DNA of 64,000 bases from Ignavibacteriota bacterium (GTDB lineage Bacteria; Bacteroidota; Ignavibacteria; UBA10030): contig OY969585.1 of NCBI GenBank assembly GCA_963701295.1, positions 2,592,001 through 2,656,000 on the forward strand. Direction: 5' to 3'. Every line of letters begins with the position of its first letter. The stretch's first letter is position 1. Of the stretch, positions 39,624-48,972 are shown piece after piece. The notes beneath the pieces are model-generated. The model made no database searches. It worked only from the letters and a program-made list of their open reading frames with translations, and was not told where the DNA came from. Made by a program: the position numbers and the translations under genes.

Positions 39624-40217
39624 ATGTCAAAACGTTTTCTTATACTATTCTTTTTAGCGCCTTATATTTTTGGGTTCGCTCCGCAGGATTCTTCTTATAC
39701 TGAATGCCACATCGGTGCGGGGAGCGGACAATATACTTATGAGGATTGTAGCGGTGAGCATACATCACATTTTTATGATGCAGGCTTTCGTGTAACTCAG
39801 AAATTCAAATCTCCATGGAGATTAGGAGCAAGTGTAAGTGCGATACCTTCTAATGAGCATTTAATATTTTTCGGCTATCCGGACTTTGCCTACGACAATG
39901 GAATCTTTTCATTTGGAACAACAGGTTTACGAGCAGGATACTTAGAAAAAACTTTTTTTGAAATCAAATTCTTGGATGAAATTCCTTATGCAACGGGCAG
40001 AGGACTTTTCCGGATAGGAATGGGGACACCGGTATCACAGAATGGCACGCGCCTTTGGATGGGAGCTAATACAGGAATTTACCAAAATTGGGGATTTGGA
40101 ACCAGTCTGGATTTTCCTCTGGAAGCAAACTATTTTCTGTCTCTTACCGGTCGCTACGGTGAATATAAGAGTATTCCGGAATACGGTATCTCACTTGGAT
40201 TAAAGATTCGGCGTTAG
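39624..40217 (+). CDS. Hypothetical secreted/outer-membrane beta-strand protein
   Basis: Signal peptide, alternating Gly/aromatic beta pattern, C-terminal YGISLGLKIRR. Confidence 0.7.
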   Translation: MSKRFLILFFLAPYIFGFAPQDSSYTECHIGAGSGQYTYEDCSGEHTSHFYDAGFRVTQKFKSPWRLGASVSAIPSNEHLIFFGYPDFAYDNGIFSFGTTGLRAGYLEKTFFEIKFLDEIPYATGRGLFRIGMGTPVSQNGTRLWMGANTGIYQNWGFGTSLDFPLEANYFLSLTGRYGEYKSIPEYGISLGLKIRR

Positions 40218-40378
40218 AATTTTTTATCTCACGTTTTGCCGGTCATACTATCGCAAAAACGGCATCTTACTTTAATTACCCGCCCATTATTGTTCTGTGG
40301 TATTACTGTAGCAATATTTATGGAGTATTCAGAGAAGAACCGGTGACCGAAAGTCTGATAGTGAACGCATCGTGTAGG

Positions 40379-40417
40379 GCTAAAAAATCCGGTACAGGTG
40401 TACCGGATTTTTTAGCA
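40379..40417. terminator. Bidirectional Rho-independent terminator
   Basis: gctaaaaaatccggtac/gtaccggattttttagc inverted repeat between convergent genes. Confidence 0.85.
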
Positions 40418-40426
40418 TGATTTTTC

Positions 40427-42520
40427 CTACTTCGTTTTTCCCTCCAGTTCGTCTGCAAGCTTTCCGGCATCATAGAGTTTCCGTAAAGCTTCGATCATTG
40501 CACCCGAATGGACTGCAACGGCACGATTTGTCTCATCGCTGTAAATAAAATTGCCGACAAGGCTTTCAATATTTCCATCGAAAATCAATCCGACAAGCTC
40601 GCCATCTCTGTTGATGACCGGAGATCCAGAATTGCCGCCGATGATATCGCACGAACAGACAAAGTTCAGCGGGGTCGAAAGATCGAGCTTCTCTTTCCGC
40701 TCAAGATATCGTGCAGGGAGATTGAACGGCTGTTTCATATCGAAACTCGACGCACGATCATATAATCCGTAGAATGTCGTTTTCGCCGGTGCTATCGTGC
40801 CGTTCATTGGATATCCCTTGACAGTGCCGTACGAAAGTCGAAGCGTGAAGGTAGCATCAGGGTGGACGGATTTTCCATAGATTGCAAATCGGGCTTTCCC
40901 GAGTTTTTCCCCGGCAATTTTCATCTGACTATCAAGATGGTCCTCTATCCATTTTTGAAGTTCACGCAGAATCGAATCAACCTTCCGTACCATGATAATT
41001 AAAGGATCGGTTGATTCAGCGACGGCTTTTTCTCCGCCCTCAATAAGCGCATTCCGGACTTTCGGATCGGTGAGTTTCGTGCTGGTGAAAAGATCTTTTG
41101 CAGCCTCTTCGGGTGTTTTGGTTCCAAGAATTATTTTTATAAAAGGGTCATCAGGGCCCAGTTGTTCCAATGATTCCCGCAATGCATCAGCAAGAATTGT
41201 TTCTTCAAGCTGCGGATAGAACGGTGCCGGCGAGAGAAGATCATATCGGAGAGACTCAAGCTGCGAATCATGAAATCCCTCAAGACGCTTTCCATCCGGT
41301 TTTTGTATTTCTGTTCCATACCGGACGATATCCACTGCGAGCAGGGCAAGTCGTGAACCGCGAATCGCACGGTACCGGATTATGTTCATGTTTTCGATAT
41401 GCTTTTTCTGGATCTCTGCGATGGTGTTCCATACGCCGCCAAATTCCGATTTCCATTCAGGTTTGCTGTTGACGCGTGTTTGAAAGTCATTTTCTTCGTT
41501 TTGTTTTTTTGCTATAAGATTTTTATCCAAAAGGCCATTATACTCTCCCGTAAAAGCCTTGACCGAATTCTCAACATAAAAAATCAGGTTGTTCGCCTGC
41601 CTGGCCTGTTCTGGTCCGAGTGCCGCATAGCGTTTTAATACATCAAGACGGCGTTTTAAGACTTTGAGTCTCAACGGATAAATATAATCGCGATCTTTTT
41701 CAATTTCAGCCATTGTGTTCAAACGGCTTGTCGAGCCCGGATGTCCCGACACAAATACCAAATCACCATCGGCAGCGCCTTTAGAGTTCCACTTCAGGTA
41801 CTGGGTGCTCACGACAGGTTTGCCATCTTCATACACCCTGAAAATTGCCATGTCGAGATCGTAACGTGGAAAAGTGAAATTATCCGGATCACCGCCGTAG
41901 AATGCAATCTGCTCTTCAGGGGCAAATACAAGACGAACCTCAGTATACTTCTTGTACCGATACAGCCAGTATTCACCTCCATCATAGAGCGGTACGACAT
42001 CAGACCGAAACGTTGTTTTTTCGAGGCTTTCTTTTTCGATCTTTGCTATTTCAGCTTTTCGTGCGGCATAAATTTCCTGATCGCTCATTCCCTTTTTTAT
42101 TACACTGAAAACCCTGTCGGTAACATTTTCAAGCGACATCAGGACGTTGAGTTCAAGATCAGGGCACCGTAACTCTTCAGCAGGTGTCGCGGCATAAAAG
42201 CCATCTTGGACGTAATCTTTCTGGGATGTTGATACCTTCTGTAATTGATCAAGGGCGACATGGTGGTTCGTCAAGACCAAGCCGGTCGGACTGATAAATG
42301 ATCCCGATCCCCCATCGTTAAAACGGACACTTGAAAGACGTACATGGTCAAGCCATTCCTGTGTCGGAGTGAAGTTATAACGATCTTTAAGCAGCTTCAG
42401 CGGCGGATTATCAAATGTCCACATTCCTTCATGAGGTGCTGAAAAAATTGTACTATGAAATACAAAAAAAACAACACCAAACGTCAGAATACACATTATC
42501 CAATGGGTTTTATTTTTCAT
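40427..42520 (-). CDS. S46 dipeptidyl peptidase (DPP7-like)
   Basis: EGMW, TNHHV, GGNSGSP motifs; FDGN (Gly at the S1 position as in DPP7 rather than Arg as in DPP11). Confidence 0.92.
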   Translation of the reverse strand: MKNKTHWIMCILTFGVVFFVFHSTIFSAPHEGMWTFDNPPLKLLKDRYNFTPTQEWLDHVRLSSVRFNDGGSGSFISPTGLVLTNHHVALDQLQKVSTSQKDYVQDGFYAATPAEELRCPDLELNVLMSLENVTDRVFSVIKKGMSDQEIYAARKAEIAKIEKESLEKTTFRSDVVPLYDGGEYWLYRYKKYTEVRLVFAPEEQIAFYGGDPDNFTFPRYDLDMAIFRVYEDGKPVVSTQYLKWNSKGAADGDLVFVSGHPGSTSRLNTMAEIEKDRDYIYPLRLKVLKRRLDVLKRYAALGPEQARQANNLIFYVENSVKAFTGEYNGLLDKNLIAKKQNEENDFQTRVNSKPEWKSEFGGVWNTIAEIQKKHIENMNIIRYRAIRGSRLALLAVDIVRYGTEIQKPDGKRLEGFHDSQLESLRYDLLSPAPFYPQLEETILADALRESLEQLGPDDPFIKIILGTKTPEEAAKDLFTSTKLTDPKVRNALIEGGEKAVAESTDPLIIMVRKVDSILRELQKWIEDHLDSQMKIAGEKLGKARFAIYGKSVHPDATFTLRLSYGTVKGYPMNGTIAPAKTTFYGLYDRASSFDMKQPFNLPARYLERKEKLDLSTPLNFVCSCDIIGGNSGSPVINRDGELVGLIFDGNIESLVGNFIYSDETNRAVAVHSGAMIEALRKLYDAGKLADELEGKTK

Positions 42521-42626
42521 GGGATCCTCCAAAAATGAATATAGGGTTATAATGACCGGATAATATAACGAAACATTTTTTTAAAAAGATACCCATACGT
42601 TTCCGCGTTTTTCTGCTTGCATGTCG

Positions 42627-42905
42627 GGTTTACCTGCCGACTTGTCCACCAATCTTTTTTGGCGGAAGGATGGCAGGCGGGAAATCTTGATTTATTTAAA
42701 TAATATAAGCTTATCGCTGCTTTTTTTGATTGTGAACTCCCCATGCTAAAAGTGAGTCTGCGTCATTCTGATGTCACGCTGGAGCGCGCCGTTGGAATAC
42801 GCTCTTCATAAAGGGGAGCGAGGGGGAGAATTCTGTAGAGTCCCATTCATAATGGGACGATCACTAAACTTCGCAGCAACTATCTGATACCGTGACAAAT
42901 GGGAT
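42627..42905. repeat. Cluster of decayed nested palindromic elements
   Basis: cctgcc...ggcaggc, gtcattctga, gtcccattcataatgggac and a G-rich ggggagcgagggg motif. Confidence 0.5.
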
Positions 42906-43093
42906 GTGGTCTGTTTTAGACATCTTCGCCATTGAGATTCCAATTCCTTTTAATTAATTTATTATCAAATGCTGGTTGAAGACTGAGCGCCACATAAGCA
43001 GCATATGAACAAAGATGAATTATAAATGCACCAAAATCGCAGGATCAATCCCTGCAATATTATTTATAGGTCAATTTTATAAAGGATTCTCTG

Positions 43094-44014
43094 ATGGAGT
43101 CTGAATTCAAAAATATTTTTTTTCTTTTCATAACTTTGGTTTTCTATATACATATGTCATGTTCGCAGAACATAGTTCAAGCTGCATCGGTTGAGCGATC
43201 GAACGAGGATCAGTACAAAATATGTTTTAAAGAAGCGGATTTTCATCTGGGCAAGTTCGAATTTAATGAATCGATACAAAGCTGTGAGGCGGCTTTGCGG
43301 TATAAACCGGACGATTTTCTGATTCGGGCGATGATGTGCCTTGATTATTATGAGATAGCTGAAAGACTTGATGTTCATAAATCCGAGGACAAGGATAAAA
43401 AGATTGAGCTCTATAAGAAAATGATTAAGATTGCAGAGGAAGGTATTCGATGCGCTCCTGATAAAGGGGAATGCTATTTTATGCGCGGATTAGCCAATGC
43501 AAGGATGTCCACAACGAAAGGAATCATGTCCCAGCTCTTTACGGCAAAGCAAATTGAGAAAGACTGGCTTGTCGCAGTTGACCGTAAATCCGATTATACA
43601 ACACCAAACGGTGAAAATCTTCAGGCATCAAGCTGTTTAGCATTGGGAGTGTACTATCGGCTTTGCCCAACATTTTTTTTGATAAGATGGTTGTTTGGAA
43701 TCAGCGGAGACCTCAACAAATCAGTGGATTACTGCAGAAGGGCGTATGAACTTGATTCCACACGGATAGAAATTGTAAAAGAGTATGGAGTGGCCCTTAT
43801 TACTTCCGGACTGGACAGAGAGAATAAGAAGGATATTGAAGACGGGAAAGAGTATCTCAGAAAAGTTCCTTTCTTGCCATTGAGACTGCAGACGGATACG
43901 ATCGATATTGGTCACAGTAAAATGCTGCTCAATAACATAAATCTCTGTCCCGGTTATTCGAGGGATGAACAACAAGATGTTTCAGAGGAGTCTTATAAGA
44001 AAACACAGCAGTAG
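43094..44014 (+). CDS. TPR-like helical repeat exported protein
   Basis: Signal/lipoprotein-like N-terminus and TPR-type motifs (AL.YKPDD, GI..APD..ECYF, AYELD). Confidence 0.7.
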   Translation: MESEFKNIFFLFITLVFYIHMSCSQNIVQAASVERSNEDQYKICFKEADFHLGKFEFNESIQSCEAALRYKPDDFLIRAMMCLDYYEIAERLDVHKSEDKDKKIELYKKMIKIAEEGIRCAPDKGECYFMRGLANARMSTTKGIMSQLFTAKQIEKDWLVAVDRKSDYTTPNGENLQASSCLALGVYYRLCPTFFLIRWLFGISGDLNKSVDYCRRAYELDSTRIEIVKEYGVALITSGLDRENKKDIEDGKEYLRKVPFLPLRLQTDTIDIGHSKMLLNNINLCPGYSRDEQQDVSEESYKKTQQ

Positions 44015-44081
44015 GGGATGTGTCGAGTGCGCTCGCAAATCATTTAATTTCAAGGCCGGCATAAGAGACAAAAAAGGAAAT

Positions 44082-44131
44082 GTCATTGCGAGGATCCCGA
44101 ACGGCAAAGTCGATCGGGAGACGATGCAATC
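44082..44131 (+). repeat. GTCATTGCGAG-family palindromic element (family A)
   Basis: gtcattgcgagg...gcaatc with internal tcccga...tcggga hairpin. Confidence 0.75.
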
Positions 44132-44294
44132 TACTGAAAAAGGATTATCATAGGAAGACCTTGGCTGGCGGAGAAGCGGTTGGGGTCTGATTCACCGATG
44201 TGTTTTACAAAATTCTCTTCACTAAAATTTCATCCGTTGTAATAGATGTGAGGATTGGCTACATTTTAAATGAACGGTTATGAAAGGTTTAAAA

Positions 44295-44555
44295 ATGAAA
44301 CGGATCGAAGTTCTTGGAATGTTTTCAGGAGTATGCACAACATCAGCATTTGTTCCGCAGGTCTTTACCATATGGAGTATGAGGCCCATACCGGTCGTTT
44401 CCATTTCTCTCTCAATGTACGTGCTTTTTACTGTGGGAGTTATCGGCTGGGCTATTTATGGAATTAAAATTCGCGCACAATCGATTGCAATCATGAACGC
44501 TATCACTTCTGTACTTGCCCTATCCATCCTCGTTTATAAATGCGTGTATGGATAA
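44295..44555 (+). CDS. SemiSWEET (PQ-loop) sugar transporter
   Basis: G..TT.AFVPQ, IS..MY..F..G...W..YG, N motif; 3 TM segments. Confidence 0.88.
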   Translation: MKRIEVLGMFSGVCTTSAFVPQVFTIWSMRPIPVVSISLSMYVLFTVGVIGWAIYGIKIRAQSIAIMNAITSVLALSILVYKCVYG

Positions 44556-44560
44556 CCCCC

Positions 44561-44588
44561 GTAGAGGTTTAAAATATTGAACCCCTAC
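44561..44588. repeat. GTAG REP-like hairpin
   Basis: gtagaggtttaaaatattgaacccctac, 5 nt after the SemiSWEET stop codon. Confidence 0.65.
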
Positions 44589-44759
44589 AAAACAAATATC
44601 AATTTAGTATTGTTCATTATTGTGTATTTAATTATGTTAAAGACGACTGGTTACCTACGAAATTATTAATTGTAAAAACCATATTTATTCATTCTATTTT
44701 CCTTGATCCGCGCATAATATTTTCATTTCAATCACATACATTATAGAAGGAAAAACATC

Positions 44760-45281
44760 ATGCGTTATTTGCTTGCACTCATCACAACAGTGTTATTATC
44801 AAGCACTCTAGATGCGCAGGTACGTGTTAATCTCAACATCAATATAAAGAGCCAACCCGTTTGGGGACCGACCGGTTACGATCATGTTGAATATTATTAT
44901 CTGCCTGACATTGAAGTGTATTACTATGTTCCTCAGCATAAGTATTTCTATTATGAACGAGGGCACTGGATTGGCCGATCATCTTTGCCTGCCCGTTATC
45001 GTGATTATAACTTGTATCATTCCTACAAAGTAGTGGTGAATGAGCCGACGCCGTATCTCCATCACAAAATGTATAGAGACAAATATTCCTCGTTTAAAGG
45101 CCGTCACGATCAGGAAGCAATCCGCGATAGCCGTGAAGCAAAATATTTTGTCAATAAAAACCATCCCGAGCATAATAACTGGGTAAGGCAGCAAAGGCAT
45201 GATGAAGGTAATGGCAGAGAAAAGGATCGCGGCAACAAATCTGAAAGAAATAACAGACAAGACAAAGAAGATCGGCATTAG
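44760..45281 (+). CDS. Hypothetical secreted protein (Bacteroidota-type, Tyr-rich)
   Basis: Signal peptide, QP.WGP.GY..V.YYYLPDIE.YY motif, charged low-complexity tail. Confidence 0.8.
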   Translation: MRYLLALITTVLLSSTLDAQVRVNLNINIKSQPVWGPTGYDHVEYYYLPDIEVYYYVPQHKYFYYERGHWIGRSSLPARYRDYNLYHSYKVVVNEPTPYLHHKMYRDKYSSFKGRHDQEAIRDSREAKYFVNKNHPEHNNWVRQQRHDEGNGREKDRGNKSERNNRQDKEDRH

Positions 45282-45299
45282 TTGAACTCTCGGTATGCG

Positions 45300-45603
45300 G
45301 ATTGTCCCGCAAGGCGGGATGCATAAAACACACTTCACGCAAAACGCTCGCAATGACAGAAAAGAAAAAAAGAACACTTGTCATTGCGAGGCTTGTCTTG
45401 AACGAAGTGAGGGAACTGACGAAGCAATCCGCAAAAATTGGATTACCATTGGAAAACTTGGTTTGCAGATTACTCCGCAAGGCGGGATGCTAAAATAGCA
45501 CTTCGGCTCAACTAACCATTGAGATTCCCATCCCTTTTGCATAACTTCTTAGCAGATGTCCCGTTTACACAATTGTTTCGGCGGGCAGGCGATTGGGGAA
45601 TGA
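45300..45603. repeat. Nested cluster of family A and GTCATTCCC-type palindromic elements
   Basis: gattg-[cccgcaaggcgggatgc]-...ctcgcaatgac (45300-45357), gtcattgcgag...gaagcaatcc (45380-45430), second ccgcaaggcgggatgc unit (45468-45506), gagattccc...gggaatga (45521-45603). Confidence 0.8.
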
Positions 45604-45663
45604 GCGGGTCACCGATGGCACCTAACCGTCGAGTTACCTGATGAGATTTTCAAGGCTCAGATA

Positions 45664-48600
45664 ATGGCAAGTGATAGAATATCAGCACGAAAGCAAGTAG
45701 AAAAACTCGTCAATTTCTTTGAAGAGAACATCTATCAATTCAAATCTACGTCCTTTAACGAAACTCAAGCCCGCCAGCAGTTGATCGATCCATTCTTCGA
45801 AGCTCTTGGATGGGATATGCATAACAGTTTGATGCTGCCGCTATTCCGTCAAGAGGTTGTGCCGGAATCGCGGATGAAGAGCAGCATTGCCAGAGAAGTG
45901 AAAGAACAAGAGCCGCTCTTTCCCCAAAAAGATACGCTCGGTAAAGAGCACAAAGAGTACGCTTCCATTCTGGATTATATTGTCGAAGATGAATACAAAG
46001 CCAATTCTAAAGAGGCAGTTAAAAAACCGGACTACCGATTTCGCATTGGCGGGCAAACGAAATTCTTCGTTGAAGCAAAAAAACCTTACGTCGATCTTGC
46101 GAAAAGCCAATCGTCAATCTTTCAGGTCAAACGATATGGATTTTCCGGTCGTGTGCCGATTGCCATCCTTACAGACTTTGAAGAATTCCGCACATTCGAT
46201 TGCACCCAGCGCCCCGCATTTGAGAAACCAAAATTAGGCATCATCAAAGATTTCGATCTAACGTACAAGCAATACATAGATCACTTCGAGCGTCTCTACG
46301 ATACATTCTCACACGATGCTGTTGCGGGCGGCTCGCTGGAAGCGCTGACAAAAAAGATGATGCTGAAACGCACCGGCGATTTTGCGCTTGACCGTGAATT
46401 CTTAGAAGATTTATCCAGATGGCGCGAAGAGTTAGCACGGGATATTGCAAAACATCCTAAGAACCGGCGGCTTCTGAATGATTACACACTCAATGAAGCG
46501 GTGCAGCGCATTCTCGACCGAATCGTTTTCATTCGTGTGTGCGAAGACAGGGAAATAGAAGTTGAAAATACACTGCTTGCCATTTTGCGGATATGGAAAG
46601 AACGCCAAGGCTTATCGTTGTATTCATTGTTGAATGATTTATTCAAACAGCGTCGTGCGTTGTACAACGGATTACTCTTCAGCCCGCATCCGTGTGAAGA
46701 ATTGGAAATTGGCAACGAGGTGCTGATTAAAATTTTAGAGAATCTGAATTATCCGTTCTCTCCGTATCACTTTAATGAGATCGGCGTTGAGATACTTGGC
46801 AGCATTTATGAAAAGTTCCTCGGCAAGACAATTCATCTGGCGCCTAAGAATGTTGTCATAAAAGAGAAACCGGAAGTTCGGAAAGCAGGTGGAGTCTATT
46901 ACACGCCGCAATACATCGTCAAGTACATTGTGGATAATACGCTGGGGAAATTGTTGTATAAAGAGACTTCTGTCATTGCAAGGAGTGAGGATCCTCAGTC
47001 ATTGCGAAGAAGCGCAGCGACTGAAGCAATCCGACAAACAGAAGAAAAAACAAGATTGCTTCACGATGAAACTGTTCGCAATGACGATAAAGAAGGGATT
47101 GCCCCGCAAAGCGGGATGCAAAAAGATTGCACTTCGCAGAAAACACTCGCGATGACGCCTAAGCAAGTTGCAAAATTAAATATCATCGATATTGCGTGTG
47201 GAAGCGGGTCCTTCCTGCTCGGCGCATTCCAGAAACTGATCGATTACCACATAGAATGGTACACCACGCACCCGGATGATATTAAAATAGAAAATAATGT
47301 GCCGGATGCCTACAAAGACACAGACGGCAATTACCATCTTTCGCCGCGCAAGAAGCGGGATATTTTAGTGAACAATATTTACGGCGTAGATATCGACCGG
47401 CAAGCAGTGGAAGTAACACAGATGTCGTTGTACTTGAAAGTGCTGGAAGGCGAAAATGCCGAAACCCTCAACCCGCAAATGACGCTCGCACTAAAAGAAG
47501 TGTACCTGCCTTCGTTGACGAAAAATATCAAATGCGGCAACTCGCTCATTGGCACAGACTTTACCTCGCAGGGAGAAATGTTCGATGAAGAAGCGAGGCA
47601 CAAAGTAAACCCGTTCGATTGGGAAATGGAGTTTCCGGAAATATTAAAGGCCAAAACTCTCCCCCTCACAGGGGGAGATACAGAGGGGGTCAAAGAACAA
47701 GAAATAATGACCCCAACCCAACCTTCCGCTATGAGGGGAAGGGGTGATAGCTCAGGGAACGGCTTCGATGTCGTGATTGGGAATCCGCCGTATGGTGCGG
47801 AGTTTGATGGAGAAGTTAAAACGTACTTCTTTAGCAAATACATTTTGCAGGATTATCAGCTCGAAAGCTATTTACTATTTTTGGAAAGAGCATTAGGCTT
47901 ATTAAGAAAAAATGGGTTTCTAGGTTATATTATTCCAAACCCATGGTTAACGAATTTATTCCAAATAAAGGTTAGGAAATTCATAGGTCAAAAAATTAAA
48001 GTTCTTGAAATCGTTCATTACCTTCAGAAAGTTTTTCATGAAGCAACGGTTGATACAGAAATAGTGATTCTGCAAAATTCTTTTCCATTGGAAAATGAAA
48101 TACAAGTATCGATCGTTGACGATTCCGCGGGAACAACTTCGAATCAAATTGATCAGAAATTATGGAAAAAAGCTGATGGCAAACCTATTAATATTTTTCT
48201 AAAATCGAAAGAAATTAATCTTATTGAGAAAATTTGCGCTAGAGCAAAAGTGTTAGAGACATTTTGTAAAGTTACTCAAGGGACGAAACCTTATCAAGTA
48301 GGGAAAGGAAATCCTAAGCAAACAAGAATAATAGTTGACGAACATCCATTTGATTCTACAAAAAAGAAAAACAAAACGTTTCGGCCGCTTTTAAGGGGGA
48401 GTAATATTAATCGTTATATAATAAATTGGAACAATGATTATTGGATTAGTTTTGGCGATTGGCTCGCAGAACCGAGATACTCGGCTGATTTTGATGCACG
48501 AGAAAAAATACTAATACGCCAAACAGGCGATAGCCTTATTGCTACTATTGACAGATCACAATTCATTGTTCGAGATAATCTTTATACGATTATAAATAAG

Positions 48601-48972
48601 TCAACATCTCTTGACTTGAGATATGTCTTGGGATTATTAAACTGTGCGCTCTTTAATTTTTATTACGAAACTCAAAATCCTGAAAAAGGCGAAGCGCTCG
48701 CACAGGTAAAAACAACAGTCATTAAGAACCTTCCCATCCGCACAATCGATTTTACGAAACCTGCCGAAAAGAAAATGCACGACGACCTTGTGTCGCTTGT
48801 GGAAAAAATGTTAGAGTTCAACAAGCAATTGCAAAAAGCCCATTTTGACAGCGAGAAAGAACCCATCGAGCGCCAAATCGCCGCCGCAGATAAAAAGATA
48901 GATGAGCTTGTGTATCAATTGTATGGTTTGACGGAGGAAGAAATAAAGATTGTGGAAGGGAAGAATGGTTAG
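45664..48972 (+). CDS. Type IIG (Eco57I/TaqI-like) restriction-modification fusion enzyme
   Basis: PDY...FVEAKK nuclease motif, GVYYTP, DIACGSGSFL (motif I), GNPPY (motif IV, N6-adenine), C-terminal TaqI-like TRD and IDELVYQLYGLTEEEI. Confidence 0.93.
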   Translation: MASDRISARKQVEKLVNFFEENIYQFKSTSFNETQARQQLIDPFFEALGWDMHNSLMLPLFRQEVVPESRMKSSIAREVKEQEPLFPQKDTLGKEHKEYASILDYIVEDEYKANSKEAVKKPDYRFRIGGQTKFFVEAKKPYVDLAKSQSSIFQVKRYGFSGRVPIAILTDFEEFRTFDCTQRPAFEKPKLGIIKDFDLTYKQYIDHFERLYDTFSHDAVAGGSLEALTKKMMLKRTGDFALDREFLEDLSRWREELARDIAKHPKNRRLLNDYTLNEAVQRILDRIVFIRVCEDREIEVENTLLAILRIWKERQGLSLYSLLNDLFKQRRALYNGLLFSPHPCEELEIGNEVLIKILENLNYPFSPYHFNEIGVEILGSIYEKFLGKTIHLAPKNVVIKEKPEVRKAGGVYYTPQYIVKYIVDNTLGKLLYKETSVIARSEDPQSLRRSAATEAIRQTEEKTRLLHDETVRNDDKEGIAPQSGMQKDCTSQKTLAMTPKQVAKLNIIDIACGSGSFLLGAFQKLIDYHIEWYTTHPDDIKIENNVPDAYKDTDGNYHLSPRKKRDILVNNIYGVDIDRQAVEVTQMSLYLKVLEGENAETLNPQMTLALKEVYLPSLTKNIKCGNSLIGTDFTSQGEMFDEEARHKVNPFDWEMEFPEILKAKTLPLTGGDTEGVKEQEIMTPTQPSAMRGRGDSSGNGFDVVIGNPPYGAEFDGEVKTYFFSKYILQDYQLESYLLFLERALGLLRKNGFLGYIIPNPWLTNLFQIKVRKFIGQKIKVLEIVHYLQKVFHEATVDTEIVILQNSFPLENEIQVSIVDDSAGTTSNQIDQKLWKKADGKPINIFLKSKEINLIEKICARAKVLETFCKVTQGTKPYQVGKGNPKQTRIIVDEHPFDSTKKKNKTFRPLLRGSNINRYIINWNNDYWISFGDWLAEPRYSADFDAREKILIRQTGDSLIATIDRSQFIVRDNLYTIINKSTSLDLRYVLGLLNCALFNFYYETQNPEKGEALAQVKTTVIKNLPIRTIDFTKPAEKKMHDDLVSLVEKMLEFNKQLQKAHFDSEKEPIERQIAAADKKIDELVYQLYGLTEEEIKIVEGKNG
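46972..47156 (+). repeat. In-frame family A palindromic element inside the RM gene
   Basis: gtcattgc...gcaatc...gattgc...cgcaatgac...cccgcaaagcgggatgc...ctcgcgatgac; matches intergenic copies at 44082 and 45300-45506. Confidence 0.85.
47657..47745 (+). repeat. In-frame C/G-run palindromic element inside the RM gene
   Basis: ctctccccctcacagggggag...agagggggtc...gacccc..ccc..ccttcc...ggggaagggg; encodes LPLTGGDTEGV...TPTQPSAMRGRG. Confidence 0.75.

Noticed and set aside
45151-45498. Short ORFs 45295-45498, 45302-45493, 45151-45480 (also 43965-44153)
   Set aside because: They are translations of palindromic repeat DNA and lack a convincing RBS or protein family features.
46972-47156. Intein or intron in the RM gene
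   Set aside because: There are no intein terminal motifs (such as C-terminal His-Asn), it is too short, and the DNA matches local palindromic repeats.
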